DNA of 64,000 bases from a candidate division Kazan bacterium RIFCSPHIGHO2_01_FULL_44_14. GTDB lineage: Bacteria; Patescibacteriota; Kazan-3B-28. Numbering within the stretch: position 1 is the first letter of the stretch; each line of letters opens with the position of its first letter. The notes beneath the pieces were generated by a model, which was not told the origin of the DNA, searched no databases, and worked only from the letters and a program-made list of their open reading frames with translations. A program made the position numbers and the translations under genes. Positions 60,815 to 64,000 of the stretch are shown here, piece by piece. The stretch spans positions 503,200 to 567,199 of the forward strand of contig METB01000001.1 in the NCBI GenBank assembly GCA_001771185.1, written 5' to 3'.

Positions 60815-61215
60815 ACTTTATTGTTCCTTAAGGAGGCAAAGGTGATGAGAAGAATACGAACGTGTGAGTCGGCAACCGCCGGCACACAAAATGGTTACAG
60901 CATCAGGACCTAACGATCGGTCCGCGACGGGTAGCAACTAACTAACGGCCACACCGAGTATCGGATGCAAACTTTATCGCGCCACTCGGTCGGATCATGA
61001 TAGGCTACCCACAGTTTCTGATTTTTCACATTAGTTTCTGATTTTTCACATTTTTCGACTTTCGTTCTTCGTACAATTCTTTTCTTTTGGAGGTCACGTA
61101 CATCATGCGTAGAATCTTCAAGTTTCCTGTCTAAAGCGGGATGCCACCCGCGAAGAAAATGGCAAATTGGTTTGATTGAACATGACCCGCTGGCAATCGT
61201 CAGCGGGTTTTTTCT
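60815..61215 (+). ncRNA. Candidate ~400-nt non-coding RNA or long regulatory leader
   Basis: spans from just after the consensus promoter to the intrinsic terminator acccgctg-gcaatcgtc-agcgggttttttc at 61185..61215; contains a 22-codon ORF (60845..60913) with RBS aaggagg and a 2 x 20-bp tandem repeat agtttctgatttttcacatt (61003..61042). Confidence 0.4.
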
Positions 61216-61229
61216 TGTATGATTAATTT

Positions 61230-61550
61230 ATGAATCCAAAACTTTTATGGATAGTGGGAGGAGTTGTAATTGTTGGTGTGGGAATTTGGTTTGTGGTTAG
61301 GACCAATCGGTCGGAAGCGGAGAATCCGCCAAAAGACGATATTGCAACCGAGCAGGATGCATCGCCGTCAACTAATTCGACGCCAACCTCATCTAACAAT
61401 GCTCAACCGACTAACACGGCTAAATCCACGACTACTTATTTGCCAAGTCAAACGCCGTGGGCGCAAGGGCCAAGTGACCAAACCATTCCGTCATCGAACG
61501 GAGGAACCATTCCACAACAAACTCCATGGTCGCAAGGGCCAAGTGATTAA
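61230..61550 (+). CDS. hypothetical membrane-anchored low-complexity protein with QTPW(A/S)QGPSD repeats
   Basis: N-terminal TM helix; S/T/P/Q-rich tail. Confidence 0.45.
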   Translation: MNPKLLWIVGGVVIVGVGIWFVVRTNRSEAENPPKDDIATEQDASPSTNSTPTSSNNAQPTNTAKSTTTYLPSQTPWAQGPSDQTIPSSNGGTIPQQTPWSQGPSD

Positions 61551-61676
61551 TAGTTCCAGGGTTGGTTATTGTGGTTGGACTTTTTCAGGTGAAGGAGTTA
61601 GTCATGGGATAGAGGTAAAATTAGGACGATGCAAGATAAATCTTGGGGATTGACAATATAGCAATTTTGTTATATT

Positions 61677-61982
61677 ATGAAAATAGAGCTGAAAATCATA
61701 GAATACGTTGCGGACTTTTTGAATGACTTGCCAGCGGAGTTGTACGCTAGGTGTGTGAAAAAGTTAAAACTTTTTGAAGAATATGGTTTTTTCCTGACGA
61801 ATACGGATCTTAAGAAGATTAATAAAAATCTCTGGGAGTTGCGAACGAAAAATACTCGGATTTTAATGGGCAAAACGGGAGATACCATCTGGGCAGTACA
61901 CGCTTTTTATAAAAAGACCAATAAAACTCCCAAGAAGGAAATAGATTTAGCTGGGAAACGTTTAGAGAAGTTAAAAAAATGA
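61677..61982 (+). CDS. Type II toxin, Gp49-like / HigB-RelE superfamily
   Basis: WELR...ILMGKTGDTIWAVHAFYKKTNKTPKKEI resembles phage Gp49-like killer proteins (PF05973 pattern); the stop overlaps the next gene's start. Confidence 0.65.
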   Translation: MKIELKIIEYVADFLNDLPAELYARCVKKLKLFEEYGFFLTNTDLKKINKNLWELRTKNTRILMGKTGDTIWAVHAFYKKTNKTPKKEIDLAGKRLEKLKK

Positions 61983-62278
61983 GCAAGGAAAAATTTTACA
62001 CGGTTAGTGAACTCGAAAAGAAAGGGATGAAAAATCCTAAGTTTCGACGGGCCTATGAGGCATTAGAGCCGGAGTATCAAATTGCTAGAGCGGTGATAGC
62101 CGCTCGTCTTAAAAAGGGAATGACGCAGGGAGAACTAGCTCGGAAAGCGGGGACTAAGCAACCGGTTATTGCGCGGTTGGAAAATATGAAGAGTGCCCCT
62201 TCCTCTAGGAGCATGGGGCGGATTGCCAATGCACTAGATCTCCGGTGGAATTTGAAGTTAGTACCGAAGACGAGATAA
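61979..62278 (+). CDS. HTH (XRE-family) antitoxin
   Basis: HTH KGMTQGELARKAGTKQPVIARLE; 4-nt overlap with the toxin gene. Confidence 0.65.
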   Translation: MSKEKFYTVSELEKKGMKNPKFRRAYEALEPEYQIARAVIAARLKKGMTQGELARKAGTKQPVIARLENMKSAPSSRSMGRIANALDLRWNLKLVPKTR

Positions 62279-62374
62279 TTTTGCAGTCATGACAATACGA
62301 TGCAATGTCTTATTGGACTGGTTTGTGATATGATATATATGTCATATGGTGCGAATGGACGTTGGAAAAGAGAT

Positions 62375-62641
62375 ATGAATAAAACATTTATCACTAAAAT
62401 CAGACAAGATAAGGAATTCCAACGACTTTATGATATCGAGAAAAAGAAGCTTGATATTGCCATTGCTTTGGCGAAAGCGCGCCAGAAAAAAGGGATGACG
62501 CAGGGACAGGTTGCCAAGAAGGCAGGGGTAAGTTGGGAGACAGTGTCTCGGATTGAAAATGGGAGAGTAAATTCTAGCGTGGAGGTATTGAGTCGGTTGT
62601 TTGCCGCGGTAGGAAAACGGTTGGATTTTGAGATTTCTTGA
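62375..62641 (+). CDS. second HTH (XRE-family) DNA-binding protein
   Basis: HTH KGMTQGQVAKKAGVSWETVSRIE; start taken at the internal ATG (the ORF extends to 62300). Confidence 0.55.
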   Translation: MNKTFITKIRQDKEFQRLYDIEKKKLDIAIALAKARQKKGMTQGQVAKKAGVSWETVSRIENGRVNSSVEVLSRLFAAVGKRLDFEIS

Positions 62642-62875
62642 ATCCGCCTACCAATTCACCCCAAAGGGGCCCCGTTGGGGCTAAATCACTATTTCACTAA
62701 ATCACTTTTTCACCCTTTAGGACAAGCCAAACAGTATTGTCACCCTGAACTGACCGGCCTACGGTCATCCCGAGTCCGCCAGCTGGCGGATCGAGGGATC
62801 TATCTTGTTTCAGGGTCTATTTGTGTATAGGATGGGGGCTGGGGGATATATGAGTAACCCCGAGGAGAAACAAAG

Positions 62876-63784
62876 ATGGAATTATTATGGAGTTTGGGCT
62901 GGTTGGTGTTGGTAGTTATATTGGTATCAATCAAGCAGATTAACCAATATCAAAAAGGGGTGAAGTTTACGCTGGGGAGATACTCGGGAATTATGCAACC
63001 GGGGTGGCGGTTAATTTTTCCAATTTTCCAATCGTATCGGAAAATAGACATTCGAGTAAAAGCGGTAGATGTGCCAACTCAAGAGGCCATCACTAAAGAT
63101 AATGTCTCGGTGAGTGTGAATGCAGTAATTTATTATCGGATTAAACAAGCCGACAAAGCGGTGTTGGAAGTCGAGAATTTTTTCTATGCGATGTCGCAAT
63201 TGGCGCAAACCACCATGCGGAATGCAGTTGGCCAAGTCAGTTTGGATGATTTATTGTCGGAACGCGATCGAGTGTCGGATCAAATCAGAAATATTGTGGA
63301 GAAGGCCTCTGACCCATGGGGAATCGAAGTAATGAATGTCGAGTTGAAAGACATCACTTTGCCAGAGGAAATGAAACGAGTAATTGGCAAACAAGCCGAA
63401 GCCGAGCGCGAGAAGCGAGCGGTAATTATTAAAGCCGAAGGTGAAGTGGCGGCATCGGAAAATATGGCGAAAGCCGCTCGGATGTTATCGGGTGCTGATG
63501 GGGCTTTGCATCTACGGACATTGCAATCGATTAATGATATTAGTTCAGATCAGTCCAATACCATCGTGTTTATGGTGCCAATGGAAGCATTGAGGGCGTT
63601 GGAGGGGTTGGCTAAAAAAATGAATATACCTACTCTTGATGGAGGGACGAAGGGTGTTCCTCCCTCAACGGATAGTGGGCAAAAGCCCAGTTCCGGCAGG
63701 CCGGAACCAAGCTATCCTGCTCCCACCTCCACTTTAGGGACAGCAGACAAGTCGAAAGAGCCGGCGCAAGAGCCACTAGTTTGA
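62876..63784 (+). CDS. SPFH/band-7 (stomatin/prohibitin-like) membrane protein
   Basis: N-terminal TM helix; SPFH core (YQKGVKFTLGRYSGIMQPGWRLIFP...); coiled-coil region. Confidence 0.8.
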   Translation: MELLWSLGWLVLVVILVSIKQINQYQKGVKFTLGRYSGIMQPGWRLIFPIFQSYRKIDIRVKAVDVPTQEAITKDNVSVSVNAVIYYRIKQADKAVLEVENFFYAMSQLAQTTMRNAVGQVSLDDLLSERDRVSDQIRNIVEKASDPWGIEVMNVELKDITLPEEMKRVIGKQAEAEREKRAVIIKAEGEVAASENMAKAARMLSGADGALHLRTLQSINDISSDQSNTIVFMVPMEALRALEGLAKKMNIPTLDGGTKGVPPSTDSGQKPSSGRPEPSYPAPTSTLGTADKSKEPAQEPLV

Positions 63785-63884
63785 TCTTATTGCCTGAGCT
63801 TGTCGAAGGCCTACCTATTCGTCATCCCGGACCTGATCCGGGATCCATTCTCCAAGCGCCTGCGCGGCGCTTGACCCGCGGGAA

Positions 63885-64000
63885 CCAAACGCAAGCTGGC
63901 GTTTGATCCAGCGTCTCTTTTTGCTTGTCCAAAAAGAGACATAAAAAGGACACCCAATTCACAAATTTCTAGCCAAAATAGAAAATCACCCTTTCTGGAC
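63885..64000. repeat. Family B repeat copy (near-identical to 15914..15990) running to the window end
   Basis: ccaaacgcaagctggcgtttgatccagcgtctctttttgcttgtccaaaaagagaca. Confidence 0.7.

Overview
This 64 kb window looks like a slice of a small, gene-dense bacterial chromosome, probably a Patescibacteria/CPR-type organism. The pointers are a 16S rRNA gene carrying a LAGLIDADG-encoding intron, short housekeeping proteins and dense small repeats; the lineage call is inference.

The main find is a complete diversity-generating retroelement (DGR) at 256..3015. It has a target gene whose 3' end holds a 132-bp variable repeat (VR), and an equal-length template repeat (TR) downstream. The two differ at exactly 16 positions, and at every one the TR base is adenine. 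An Avd-like gene lies between them, on the opposite strand, and a DGR-type reverse transcriptase follows. An 11-G homopolymer sits at the avd 5' end; a 10-G tract would put the avd ATG in frame, so it may work as a phase-variation switch.

Housekeeping content:
- tilS, ftsH, murJ, lepA, recO, a Xer-type recombinase, M23/LysM peptidase, LCP protein, htrA, comEA, rsmD, recG, tyrS and a class A PBP.
- A CIRCE-controlled hrcA-grpE-dnaK-dnaJ operon with two unknown genes inserted between grpE and dnaK.
- Three NUDIX proteins, a class II Fic protein bracketed by direct repeats, and a Gp49/HigB-like toxin with HTH antitoxins.
- Six tRNAs (three with CAU anticodons, Ala-UGC, Ile-GAU, Leu-UAG) plus one tRNA 5'-half fragment.

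The 16S rRNA gene (29914..32258) has a V1 expansion, a ~766-nt intron encoding a LAGLIDADG homing endonuclease near its 3' end, and no 23S gene downstream.

Several families of short palindromic, MITE/RPE-like repeats are scattered through the window, mainly in 46-64 kb. One copy is inserted in-frame inside a cobalamin adenosyltransferase gene.

A consensus promoter plus an intrinsic terminator bracket a ~400-nt candidate non-coding RNA or leader at 60781..61215.
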